Made by a program: the position numbers and the translations under genes. Positions 12,449 to 23,855 of a stretch of 64,000 nucleotides of DNA are shown here, one piece after another. The stretch's first letter is position 1; each line of letters opens with the position of its first letter. Below the pieces are notes generated by a model that was not told where the DNA came from, made no database searches, and saw only the letters and a program-made list of their open reading frames with translations. The DNA is from Phallusia mammillata (taxonomy: Eukaryota): the NCBI GenBank assembly GCA_965637545.1, contig OZ281496.1, positions 8,494,001-8,558,000 of the forward strand. Direction: 5' to 3'.

Positions 12449-12910
12449 GTTTAAGTTTCAGCAAATTCCCAAGCGTATACTACGGTTCTAAATCAATATT
12501 AGACTTTAATGTTCCGTCTAAAAAATCAACGCAGTCAATAATCAGGCCTACGTAAACAGAAATGAAGACAAAATACCTTTGAATTTAGCAAACATAAAAA
12601 ACATCATTAAGTCTCCTAGGTTTTATTGCTGCCAAATCAAGCCTGGTTTCTGCACGCAGTTATGAGCACCACAGCATATACAAAGCAGTGCTACCTTCTT
12701 TACCTAACCAACAACTGTATACTCTTCCTGATTGCGTAATTTATCGGTCTGACAACTGAAACACAGAAGTGAAACTTTGTAAGTCTCATGCACAAGAGTT
12801 TTGTCATGGCATTGTTGTATCGAATTAGACATTAAGGTTTGATTTACAACGGCTCATTTTCAATATTTGTCTGTGCTTTTGCGCTACCTTTTGGCAATAA
12901 ACAAACGGAT

Positions 12911-12952
12911 ATTCCTGATGAAGACGTTATATAGGACGTTGAAATGTCGATT
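12911..12952 (+). ncRNA. Degenerate hammerhead motif, paralog of 10558-10601
   Basis: CTGATGAag...GAAATGTC; stem II shortened and stem I mismatched. Confidence 0.5.
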
Positions 12953-14043
12953 GTTTACAATAAAACTGATGGATGAGCAACACTTGGTTACACATTATGT
13001 CTGGCAGCAATAGCTTATTTCATAAATGGTCTGATGTTGGTAGATCTACATATTTTCAAGTCTATTTGGGAATGTTTACGGGGCAGACTTAATTCGGCAT
13101 GGTGCATTAAAAACGTTAGTTTCAAAAACAAAGAATTTTTGACATTCACCAAAAATCTTGGATTCAAATTCAAACGCAGGTGGAAGCTTTGGACTTTAAT
13201 TCAACTCATTTTAAACCTGTATTCATGCAGAAACGTATGAGTAAGTTTATTTTAATTCAGTTTATTCGACAATGCATCTAAACCAGTGGCTTTCAATCGG
13301 TAGTACTCGTACCACCAGCGGTACGCCGAATTTTTCAGGTGGTACGGTAGTTTTATTCTGTCATACCAAACATGGTACAGTGCAGTTGTGTCTATCGTCA
13401 GCCAAACAATTTTTTGAGAGGAAAGTTAATAGTTTTCAAAGCCATATAACAAGCGGTTCCAATCACTAAATTAAACATTGACAAATCTAAATTTCGGGTT
13501 CAGGTCGAAACAACGGCACACTGACGTATGTGTTTCTGAGTTAGCTCTTGTGCGCAAGTGTCACCGAGTTTCACTCCTGTGTTTCAGTTGATTGATTGAA
13601 CGATCAACTTCACAATGAGGAAGAGTATTCCCCGTTTGTTATTTAAAGAAGGAAGTATGGCTGTGTAAATGCTGTGATGCTCATAGAGGTTTCATTTATT
13701 CCAACGTTAGTTAGTTTGTGCAGAAACCAGGCTTGGTTTGGCAGCAATTATTTCGTAAAGGTTTAAGCACCTTTGCATGTTTACAAAATAGAGTTAAGTA
13801 TATTTCTCGTCACATATTTTGCCACAAAAGTAGTAACGAATCACCAAGCCGTAAATGGATGCGCACATTTTTAATATGATACAGCGCAAAACAGTTTATG
13901 ACTGAAGTTGGCGGACAAATTAATTCCTTTTTTATGTTCACATAGGCCTGATTATAGAAGCTATTGATTTTTTGGACAGAATATTAAGTCTTATTTTGTT
14001 TTAGAACATTAGTGTACGTTTAGGAATTTGTTGAAACTTGAAG

Positions 14044-14433
14044 ATGGAATCAAACAGTTCCTATCTCATAGATATTAAAGAAAGAACCACGGGCGCAACC
14101 AAATTTCCTCCAGAAAGAATTGCTTGGCTGATGATAGACACAACTGCACTGTGTTTTACCATTTACTTGACTATTGCAATATTTGCCTATTGTTCACACA
14201 ACAAGTACAAAGTTGGAGATAGGAATGCACGGGTTATGTATATGTTGACAAGTGTAGCGTCTATCTTAGTAAACATATACACTGTGCTTGACATATCTTT
14301 TATCATTGTGGGTTACAAACCAGAAACTTCCCTTACATGTCAAACCCTAATAAGAGTTATGGCTATGGTGCTAGGTTTTAGTGCATTCACAGTTTACACA
14401 TTTCTGTGGTTTAAACAACGCTTAAAGTACTAA
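14044..14433 (+). pseudogene. 7TM-family gene truncated after TM3; inverted copy
   Basis: MESNSSYL...YTFLWFKQR, then a deletion to ttaaagtactaa and loss of homology. Its upstream module (13560-14040) is an inverted copy of 12450-12830. Confidence 0.85.
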
Positions 14434-14761
14434 TAAAATACTAAAATACTAATCGCATTCAAGAAGATTGGCGATAATCTTGATGTATATCCATTTACCT
14501 TTGTTTGTTTTTCAGACAGATAAATCGATCGCGGCATTCCGCGAAGACCAACAAAAAAAAACAAGCAAGAATCAATGCTATAAAAGTACATCAATTTTGC
14601 CTAAGAAATACATCTAAACAAAAAATGAAATTGGCTGGAATTTGATGCCCCTTTTCCCGCAGGAGACCTTGCAGGACGGCGATGCTGCTCAACTAGAAGA
14701 AATAGACGAAATGATTACTTCGCTGGAAAAAAAGTCAGTTTTCCAAATACGAGCACTGCAG

Positions 14762-17700
14762 TGATATGCTTCATACAGCTCACACACAAGTCTTTCAAAC
14801 TGTTTTCGTTTTAAGATTGTAGTTGGATAGTTTACCAAAAAACGTTACTGCCGTTTTCCAATAAATTCCAAAAACGATCAAATACAAACACAAAACTGCA
14901 TAAAGTTAAGTGTTGCCAATTTTGTATTCATGAAGCTTGTTTAGTGTAGGTTTGTCATGCGTTTAAAGAAATATCATTTTTAATAGGGTTGTTTGTGTTA
15001 CCTATCGGAACTTAGCTAAATGTTGGGCTGCCATGACCTATAGTTTCAATAGAGTTTTTATATATTATAAGCGTTGATTTTGTTGTAACTTATACTATGT
15101 TTTATTCTGTTCGCCACAAACTTGTTTTGAGTAAAGACTAAATCAAACGACACTGACGAAACTGAGACATAGTTTCACTTCCCGTTTTACAATTTATCAA
15201 GCCCGTTTGTTAATGAGCATCGAGGACGCTCTTCGCCTGCTTCTATGTTAATATAAAGTGGAATATAAAGCTCATACGCTGTTTTAACTTCGGGCTTGCA
15301 CAGGTTAAAACGTTAGGTCGAACGAATTCTGGACAAGAAACAAATATTTTTTATGAGTTTTATGGGTTTTTTCGGGTCCACTTTGGGTTCGTACCGTCTT
15401 TGAGCCTTATTTGTTTTTGACAGACGGGCTTGATTCGGGCCTGACGTCAAATTCTCTGTCAGCAATTTTTCAATGAAATGAGTTACAAACAACTGTGCTT
15501 GAACAAAACGAATTTCTCGTATTGGCGCCTGTGTGCAAGGCATGCAAGGGAAGGAAACAATCGCACGGCCAATCGATTTTCATTAGCGAGTGCGTACTGG
15601 GCACAAACCAAATGTAAAGTCATTTGACCTAATCCTTCCAGTTTGCTCGTTTATCGTTGGGTGCGGCCAAGCTTCATTAAAGCCAGACATTTTGAAGCAG
15701 TTATTTCAAAGCAACTAACGTATTGTGCTGAGTTGTGTTGAATCTATTTAGCTTTCTGAAAGAGCATATAGCGACACAATGACATTAAACAATCACTAAG
15801 CCGACAATAGCTGCACAACGTTGAAATGTAAATGGCACAATAGGTAGATACGGCTTAGCGCGCTGCAGCTATGTCTGCACTGTATTGTAAAGATTTAGGT
15901 TGTGGCAGCTTATAAGGGAGTGATCTTTGCGCACCGTGAGTATAACAACATTGGGCATTATTTGATTTCTTGTTTGTCAAGGTTTGTTTGCAAATAAAGG
16001 AGATAAATTTGGTAAGATTACGTGTATTTGCTTTACAGTTGTAATGTTCAGTTTGTTAAAGGGACTACAACAGGATTTGTTTTGAATTTAATAGGCGTAG
16101 TTTTGTTTGTGTTTTACCTTACAGTTTGTGGTTAACTTAAAAAACAAGCCCTTATTTTAAGGACTTGAAGTGGTCAAAACCTATATATTGTAAAAAAGAG
16201 AAGCAACACAAACAAGTGAAGTTGTTTAAACAACTATTGAAACGAGAAAAAGTAATATTTTGGTATTGACAAAGATAAAATGGACACTTGTGTGAAAACT
16301 GCAACCAAAGAATTTAAATGCAATTTGTGTAAAAAATCATTTACTCGGAAGTACACTCTGAAACAACATGTTGCTACACACAGTGGAGAAAAACGCTATC
16401 AATGTGAGGTATGTCAGAAAAAAGTTTTCACTAAAGCACTTTTGAAAGCACACATGCTGACACACTCCGAAAGAAAAAGACCGTATAAGTGTGAAATTTG
16501 TGAAAAAGGTTTTCTCTCAGCTTCTGAATTGAAAAGACACGAGGTATCTCACACTGGCGTTAAACCATACAGTTGCGACATTTGCGAAAAGAAGTTTCAA
16601 ACTTCAGGACATGTAAAGCAACATATGAGATGCCATTTAGAGGAACGACCATACAAGTGTCAGCTCTGCGACAAAAGTTACACCCATTCTTCACACCTTT
16701 CAAGACACATGCTTCATCACACCAAGCAACAACGACACAAGTGTGGAGTGTGTGAAAAATCTTTTGCAGAGAGAAAGAATTTGGACATACATCTTAATGT
16801 GCACATGGGTCTTAAACTGCATAAGTGCACTATATGTCAGAAGGCATTTAGTTACCCAAGAACTCTAAGAAACCACATACTTACTCATAGTGAAGTAAAA
16901 CCTCACAAGTGTAAGTTTTGTGAAAAAGAGTTTGCGTGGAGAAATGGTCTCAATAAACACATGTTAAGTCATAAAGAAGAAAAACTGTTTAAATGTCCTT
17001 CTTGTGGAAAAGAATTCCATCATTTTCAAAGTTTAAAGCGACACAGCTTGACACACTCAGGAATAAAGGCTCACCAGTGTGACATTTGTGAGAAAAAGTT
17101 TGCCCTTTTGGCGACATTGAAAAGACACCGAGAAGTTCACTTTGGCAAAAAAAACTTTCAATGTAAAGTTTGTAAAAGATACTTTACACGACTTGACAAC
17201 TTAAAAGGGCACTTGGAAAAAACTAACAATGGTCGATGTGCCGAAATTTTGTATGACATCAACCTTTAATACTGTCAAACATTATGTCATTAAATATATC
17301 CACTAGTAATTCGAAATTTCTACAGATATATGTAAACCAATCCATAAAAATCACTGTCATTAAAGCATGTATTTGCAGAATTTCTTCTAAATATCGTTGA
17401 AATATGTTTGCGTCACATTTTTACATTTTTTGTATAGTGTTTCCTAATGTATTTTGTTTTCAAATCCGTCAATTCTTCGTTCTTACTTCCATAAAATCTC
17501 GTTCACTTCATTAGATAATATTGTCGCGAAAAGAAAAACACATTTAAAAAAAATAGATACTGAAAATCAGACTTAGCTAAAAAGACTAGTCTGAATTATC
17601 GTTGGAGATTTGACATACATAACATGTCGTTAATTTCTAATTCGGACTAAATGGTTTGTTTCAAACCACCGAATGTAGTTTATACAGTGCCCACGCAACC

Positions 17701-18130
17701 TGTAAAGCAGCGATATTTACCTTTCGGCGGGAATTTAATTACCCTTTTCCCGCGAGAGATTTAGTGAGGCTAGGATGTTGTGGAACCATACGAAGAAGGC
17801 CCCAGGTTGTTGTAATCCTTTTCGAATAAAGACCATTTGTTTGCTCTAAAACTGCATTAAAAAGTTTACATAACTTACCACATAAGCCTTTGCTAAAATT
17901 TAGAAAGTTCGTGATTTTTTAACTGGTTTTTGCGTCAAATATTAGTTTGTGAGATTAACGTTCTGCTTGGACGAACTTGATTCTGTCTCGTGTATTAGTT
18001 ATTAAAACAAAGTTACGTGACCATGTTTGGCAGTTGGTAGGCTTGCACGGTCGAATTTGAGCGATTTGCAGAGCCCATTTTTACTTGCAGCATTTCCAAC
18101 GATACACTTGAAAACAAATGGAATATTTAT
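14762..18130 (+). repeat. Segmental duplication unit B
   Basis: Direct repeat of unit A without the LTR insertion. Confidence 0.95.
16280..17269 (+). CDS. C2H2 zinc-finger protein, 329 aa, 11 fingers (last lacks the final His), no effector domain in the ORF
   Basis: Repeated C-x2-C-x12-H-x3-H with HSGEKRY/HTGVKPY-type linkers; uninterrupted ORF. Confidence 0.92.
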   Translation: MDTCVKTATKEFKCNLCKKSFTRKYTLKQHVATHSGEKRYQCEVCQKKVFTKALLKAHMLTHSERKRPYKCEICEKGFLSASELKRHEVSHTGVKPYSCDICEKKFQTSGHVKQHMRCHLEERPYKCQLCDKSYTHSSHLSRHMLHHTKQQRHKCGVCEKSFAERKNLDIHLNVHMGLKLHKCTICQKAFSYPRTLRNHILTHSEVKPHKCKFCEKEFAWRNGLNKHMLSHKEEKLFKCPSCGKEFHHFQSLKRHSLTHSGIKAHQCDICEKKFALLATLKRHREVHFGKKNFQCKVCKRYFTRLDNLKGHLEKTNNGRCAEILYDINL

Positions 18131-18877
18131 GAAAAATAAAGCTGGTTTCTTAACATATTTAATCAGAGTTGTTAAATGCTCGTACGTGTTGCAAAGGGCA
18201 TTCGAGATTATTTTGCTCTTCTATCGGATTGATCAAATTTTTCGGTTATGTGTCGCTGTGTTCGCGGTAGCTCTGCTGTTTTTGAACTGACACTTTAATT
18301 GCTAAATGCAATTGGCCAAAAAAAGGACACAAAAAACACGAATTCGTTTACGTTAGGAAATTTCATGCATCTATAGTTTTAGCAAAACTAAGATGGACTA
18401 TTACTGGGATTAACATAGAAGCTTTCAAACGAACAGCAATCACGTCACAGTACATCAGGTATATAAAAGGCGATATACCCAATCAAACCAGTCTTCCAAA
18501 CATTCTATTATTGGTCAAATATGGGCTAGAAACATTCACCCTGTGGTGGGATTCAGCCCAAAACAGAATATGACTCCCTGTTAATATGAACATAGATCCA
18601 TAACTGGGATCAGCTCGCAAGCGTTCATGCAGACCAGCGATCATGGTACACTCATTTAAAAATCCCTGTTCGCCAAGCCTTTTAACAGCTTTCTATGAAA
18701 GTGAAATGTGCCGCCTAAGAGGCAGGCAACGGTTCTTGTGGTTCGACTTTTAGCGTAGTTAACCTGATACTGAACAGGCGTTTCGTTCACTAGGTTGCAT
18801 ATTTAATAAATTATTTCGTTCAACTGGTGTAATGCTACATAAAATACTAGTTGTTGTTTTCAAGAACTTGCATTTTA

Positions 18878-18919
18878 GCTGACGTTTCGCCCACCAGAAC
18901 GGTAGGGCTTTTTCAGAGC
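18878..18919 (-). ncRNA. Hammerhead motif with a core mutation (CTGAAAA instead of CTGAAGA)
   Basis: Reverse complement reads gct-CTGAAAA-a-gccctaccgttctggtgggc-GAAACGTC-agc. Confidence 0.65.
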
Positions 18920-19161
18920 AATGAATGAATAATACAGCGGGCACAGAGGATAAAATGTGCAAAAACAGCGGGATACGATGAGAATAATTACATTAGGACA
19001 AAGGCTTTCCGTGAAGAGTTGCGGGTGCAACAAAATGACAAGGCGTAACTAATGTCCGATCCTTGATGGGGAAGTCGGACGCAAAATGTCGCGGAAAACT
19101 GAGATCAGGCTTTTGCCATCGTACATTTTATCCTCTGTGCCCGCTGTATTATTTATTCATT

Positions 19162-19203
19162 GCTCTGAAGAAGCCCTACCGTTCTGGTGGGCGAAACGTC
19201 AGC
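19162..19203 (+). ncRNA. Minimal type I hammerhead ribozyme motif, intact core
   Basis: gct-CTGAAGA-a-gccc.t.acc(gttct)ggt.gggc-GAAAC-GTC-agc; predicted cleavage after C19200. Confidence 0.8.
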
Positions 19204-19603
19204 TAAAATACAAGTTCTTGAAAACAACAACTATTATTTTATTTAGCATTACGCCAGTTGAACGAAATAATTTATTAGATATGGTCTGATGTTAGAAGGT
19301 CTGACATACTTTTCGCGTCTATACGGGAATGCTTACAAACAGGCTTAATTCCGTACGGCGCCTTCAAAACGATACTTTCAGCGAAAATGATGTTTGATTA
19401 TCAGCGGTCATCTTTGATTCCAATCTAAACGAAGTCGGATGCTGGCAACGGATTTTGATACAGAGAAACTTCAACCTGTACTGATTGAGAAACGTAAGTT
19501 TTCAGAAAAGTTTATTCCAAAATCCCCTTAAATCTAGGCCTGCTATAATTTGACAGTACAACAGTTGAATGTTAGTCGACCCGAACATCAACAACAATAA
19601 CCG

Positions 19604-19863
19604 GATGTTGAAATGCAATGAAGTGACATAGAAGCGGTCCTTTTTATCATCTGTAACCCGGCAATAATATTGCTGAGCGCATTTAAATGGATAGACGAAA
19701 AGAAATAAAAGCAAGCACTGTCCTGTTATATCAGTAGCACTTCCCGCTAACAAAGGCCACTTAACATTACCTTCAAAACGTGTGCACCCGAACCCATAAG
19801 ACTGCTATCTTTGTGTAATAGAGTATGCAATGGATGCAGTAAATATTCCAAAATTCAGAAAGA
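19604..19863 (-). pseudogene. 7TM-family fragment (TM4-TM6)
   Basis: Encodes LAGSATDITGQCLLLFLFVYPFKCAQQ; truncated at both ends. Confidence 0.8.
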
Positions 19864-19954
19864 TCTGGCGATCCCCTACTACGAAGCTGACGTGTGCAGC
19901 ACACGAGGCAGGCAACGGTGCTGGTGATTCGACTTTCGGCGGATTCTCCACTGA

Positions 19955-20028
19955 GCCTGCGTAGCTCAGTTGGTAGAGCGCGAGTCCCGGAAAGACTCCT
20001 GCCATGGGTTCGAATCTCACCGCAGGCT
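19955..20028 (+). tRNA. tRNA-like sequence (GGA anticodon loop, short variable arm); probably a pseudo-tRNA or SINE head
   Basis: Perfect 7-bp acceptor stem GCCTGCG/CGCAGGC, D-stem GCTC/GAGC, anticodon stem GAGTC/GACTC with loop CCGGAAA, T-loop TTCGAAT. C replaces U33 and the T-stem has one mismatch. Confidence 0.6.
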
Positions 20029-20449
20029 AGATTTTTCTAGCCTACGCCTTGTCATATGGTGGCGAATGCTTGGTGACCGGCTGATTCGGTATGATGCCTT
20101 TAATGGGCCTGGCGTACAGTGATTCATACTACCAGTTATTTTTTGTATTGCTGCGTACCACCTAAATCCTGTTTGGACGGGTAGACCAAGAGCTAGGCTT
20201 ACCTGGGTAGACCAAGAGCTAGGCTTACCTAGTCCTGCATAGTTATAACTCCTGCCCCTATTGAAAGAGGGTTTCGGTAGTACAAACCCATAGAAAAATG
20301 TCCGTGGTTCGCAATCTGTATAAGGCTGATTCGTAAACAATAGTCATACTTCAATTCATCAACACAACTCTGAAACGTTGGTCGACCCGGTTACCAAAAA
20401 TATCCGGATGTTTGTGCAATTAATTTATTTCTAGCAAGACTTCATATAC

Positions 20450-20760
20450 CAAGGATGGCAACCCTTTTGGAAAGAAAACAAAGTGGATCACAAATTGTAT
20501 TAAATGTCAACGTCAATAAGAAACTCGTTGCTTCATCTTCTTTGCAGGTCTTGCAATCCTAGGTAGTTTTGGCTTAATACACGCAGCAGTCATACCTGAG
20601 CTGAGACGATTCCTGGCACTCGATTTTATGAAACTTATGTGTGAAAACAAGGACTTGCATGAATATATGGAATCGGATAGCCTTAACAAAGCGTGACGGG
20701 AGACCAGCTGCACTGATGAGACGAAATAGTGTGCACTGACTGCAGCTTATCATTTATTGG
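20450..20760 (-). mobile_element. 3' end fragment of a hAT (Buster-like) transposon
   Basis: SFIKSSARNRLSSGMTAACIKPK resembles the hAT dimerisation C-terminus; TIR-like caaggatggcaacc at 20450. Confidence 0.5.
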
Positions 20761-21033
20761 CTCGATGCTTTTACATAAGACTTAAAAGTACTTTTTCAAT
20801 TCTCGGCAACAAAAGAGAGAAAATACTGCTCCGTTGCCATAGTTCAGTGCAACTCTGTTTTAGCTGGAAAAGTGTAAATGAGCACTTATGTTAACGCCAT
20901 GTACTGTTTGCATAGCAACCGATTAATCGCAACAAATGCCCTTTGGCAAATCGATGATACAATTGACCGGATTTGCCTGTATATCAACCCATAATCAACA
21001 ATACCCGGATGTTTGTGCAATTCAATAAACAGA

Positions 21034-21921
21034 TCAGTGTTCGATATCAACTGTTTCACTACGTGTCAAAAGTGACATGGGACACTTCAATATTTTTTTA
21101 CAAGTTTCAAATGTTACAACAAGAGCTAATAGGTTGCAAGTACCTGCTGCTACAAATAGCTGTACCTCCAGATACAAGTTAGCAAACATTCCTACAATAT
21201 CGGTTGAAATGCAAATAAGTGACAAGAAAGCGCTTCGTTTCATCATTTGTAACCCGGCAACGCCATTTACTCCTTGCTGGGCGCATTTAAATCAATAGAG
21301 GAAAAGAAATAAAAGTATGCACTGTCCAGCCATATCAATTGAACTACCCACTAACAAAGGCCACTTAACATTTCCATCAACATATTTGCACCCATAACCA
21401 AATGACTGATACCTTTGTGTAATCGAGCATACAATGGATGCAGTAACTGTTTCCAAATTCAGGCAGACAATGCTTGGCCAACTTAGTACTTTAATCCAAC
21501 CTTTGTAAAGATGATTTAAAAGTGAACTTTTATAGAAGCAACGTTGTTTAAACCACAGAAATGTGTAAACCGAGCATAAACCAAAACCTAGAACCATGGG
21601 CGTGATTTTCATTAAGATTTGACATGCACGCGTTGATCCCGGATTGTACCTCACAAAGATAAAAGCTAAGTCAAGCACAATGTGAATGTTCATTAAGATA
21701 GACAATAAACTTGTCAACGTATACATAATCCATGCATTCCTATTTCCACTTTTGTACTTGTTGTTTGAGAAACCATAGGCAAATATTGCAATAGTCAAGT
21801 AAATGGTAAAGCATAGTGCGGTTGTATCTATGATCAGTCAAGCAATTTTTTGATTGGAAAATTTGGTTCTGCTGTTTGTTCTTTCTTCGATGTCTGTGAG
21901 ATTGGAAGTGTTTGGTTCCAT
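21034..21921 (-). pseudogene. Full-length (888 bp) 7TM-family gene with two in-frame TGA stops
   Basis: ATG at 21921; Trp28->TGA (21838-21840) and Pro210->TGA (21292-21294); no frameshift. Confidence 0.9.
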
Positions 21922-22301
21922 CTTCAAGTTTCAGCAGATTTGAAAACGTACTAAATCAATATGAGATTTAATGTTCTGTCCGAAAAGTCTGTACATTGAA
22001 TAATCAGGCCTACGTAAACAGAAATAAGACCAATTACTTTTGTTTTTAGTAAACATAAAAAGGTGCCCTAAAAGTCATTAAGTCTCATAGTTCAATACTG
22101 CCAAACCAGGCCTTGGTTTCTGAATACACTAACTAACGTTATACAATGCCAACCGCAGTTATGAGCACAGCATATACAAAACCATGCTTCCTTCAACACA
22201 CAAACGTCGGATACTCTTACTTATTGTAAAGTGTATCGGTCTGACAATCAACTGAAACTCTGCAACACCTGTGCACAAGGGTTACTTCAGAGACACATAT
22301 G

Positions 22302-23677
22302 CATAGGCGCCCACTTGAAAAAATATGCGGGGAGGCAGAGGCAAAACTTTTTAACCTAACATAGTACAAAAAACGCCGACTCCCAGATTTTTGCACCATC
22401 ATATGACTGTCCACGGCAATTATTTATGTCAATATGATGTTCATTCAGAGCACCAATAATTACTGCAACTAGACTTTCAGCGCTAGTTGATGCTGTTGAA
22501 TACAGCCCGAGCAAACTTTCTTTTGTTTCAAGTTGCTCAGTCACGAAGCGTAAGCACACAGAAACTTGTACCTTGCATGAAATGTCCGTCGTCTCGTCGC
22601 TTATAATACTAAAAAACTTAGCATCCTTCACTTCAGAAACAATTTTTTTTGGTAACAGCAAATGCACAAATTTGTATTATTTCATTTTGTATGCGATGAC
22701 TCAGCCATCTGTATTTTTTATCGCCTTGCAACCAATACTTCAACTCTGTGTGTTTTTTTTCTAAAAATCTAATTAGTTGCATCATGTTGGAATTGACATC
22801 TGTATGACCACGTAATGCTAGGCCTTGCCGTGTTAAAAAATCACGGTTTCAAAAATAGCATGCAGAGCTTTTCTATTGCTGGCAATACTTTTTTTCCTTC
22901 GATCTGAAATTCGATCCATCAGTGTCTCATCACCTGCATCGCCGGCTTGAACCGAGGCAAGGTCCTTGTGGTGCTTGCTTTCGTGATGTTTTAGCAGACC
23001 AGGCTTTCCTTTTTTCCAATTGTTAAATCACTTAACCCAAACAATACCTTGGCCTTCCAAAAATTTTCGTGAAGCTGGTCCAACTCGGTTGTTTTCATAG
23101 GCCCATTTACAGACCTTGCACGTCAAACTGTCATTGACTGAATCATAATCAATCCAATGGAACTCTTCAATCCACGACTGTTGGATTTTGCGACCATGTT
23201 GTGAAGTTGCTGGCTCTGTCTCAACTACGATTTCTTGCGCGGCTTTATCTACAACCACTTTGTCACTGCATACGGGAGCCACTGTAACATTTACCTCGGT
23301 AGTTTGACGGAAAAAGCTTTTTATTGTCGGCTGCTTACTCATGATTCTGTTATAAGGCTTGATTTTAAAGAATAAACTTTGGAACATAAACGTCTGATCA
23401 TTGACTTACCTTGCGTCCATGACGTGACACTATGCATTCGGGTAAATAATATATATTGTAGAGAAGGGAAGTAAAAGAAAAAATAAACGTTGTTTATTGA
23501 ATATTAAGACGCCCGGTAAGGGACGTCGAAACGTCGGATGACTTGTATATACTTGCCGGACAAACAAAAAAATACTTATTGTTTATTTAATTTGCAAATC
23601 TTGCTTGTGACGTGGTTGGGGATGCAAATACCCGGGGAGGCGGCGCCTCCCCGCCTCCCCGTAAGTGGGCGCCAATG
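22302..23677 (-). mobile_element. Internally deleted hAT transposon (ZMYM1/DUF4371-like transposase fragments)
   Basis: TIRs cataggcgcccactt / aagtgggcgccaatg; TSD CACATATG; fragments FSIISDETTDIS and GQSYDGA. The empty site agagacacatatgcca is seen at ~48406 and ~53628. Confidence 0.92.
23497..23538 (+). ncRNA. Hammerhead relic (stem II and GAAACGTC only)
   Basis: aagacgcccggtaagggacgtcGAAACGTCgg; the CTGATGA box is lost. Confidence 0.3.
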
Positions 23678-23855
23678 CACATATGCCAAGGTGCCTTTGT
23701 TACGAATTAGACCCGAAAGTTAGATTTGTCAAGGTTTAAATAAGGGAGTTGAATCGCTTGTAATATTGGCTCATGGTCGATTTAGGTTTTTATAAGAAAC
23801 AATTTTCAGGCTCGGGTTTTTTTTCGGTTCGTTTCCGGTTGAGATTGGTTCGGGT

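Larger units (their letters stand above)
18805..19276. mobile_element. Non-coding Penelope-like remnant: two PLE 3' ends in inverted orientation
   Basis: 18805-~19110 is the reverse complement of ~50460-50760; ~19121-19276 is the forward copy of ~50615-50760. Confidence 0.85.

Noticed and set aside
20708-20735. ctgatgagacgaaa as a hammerhead core
   Set aside because: Only 3 nt separate the boxes, so stem II cannot form.
21034-21921. TGA readthrough or a variant genetic code in the 7TM copy with two TGA codons
   Set aside because: One TGA replaces a conserved Pro, and intact paralogs use TGG for Trp and TGA as a stop.
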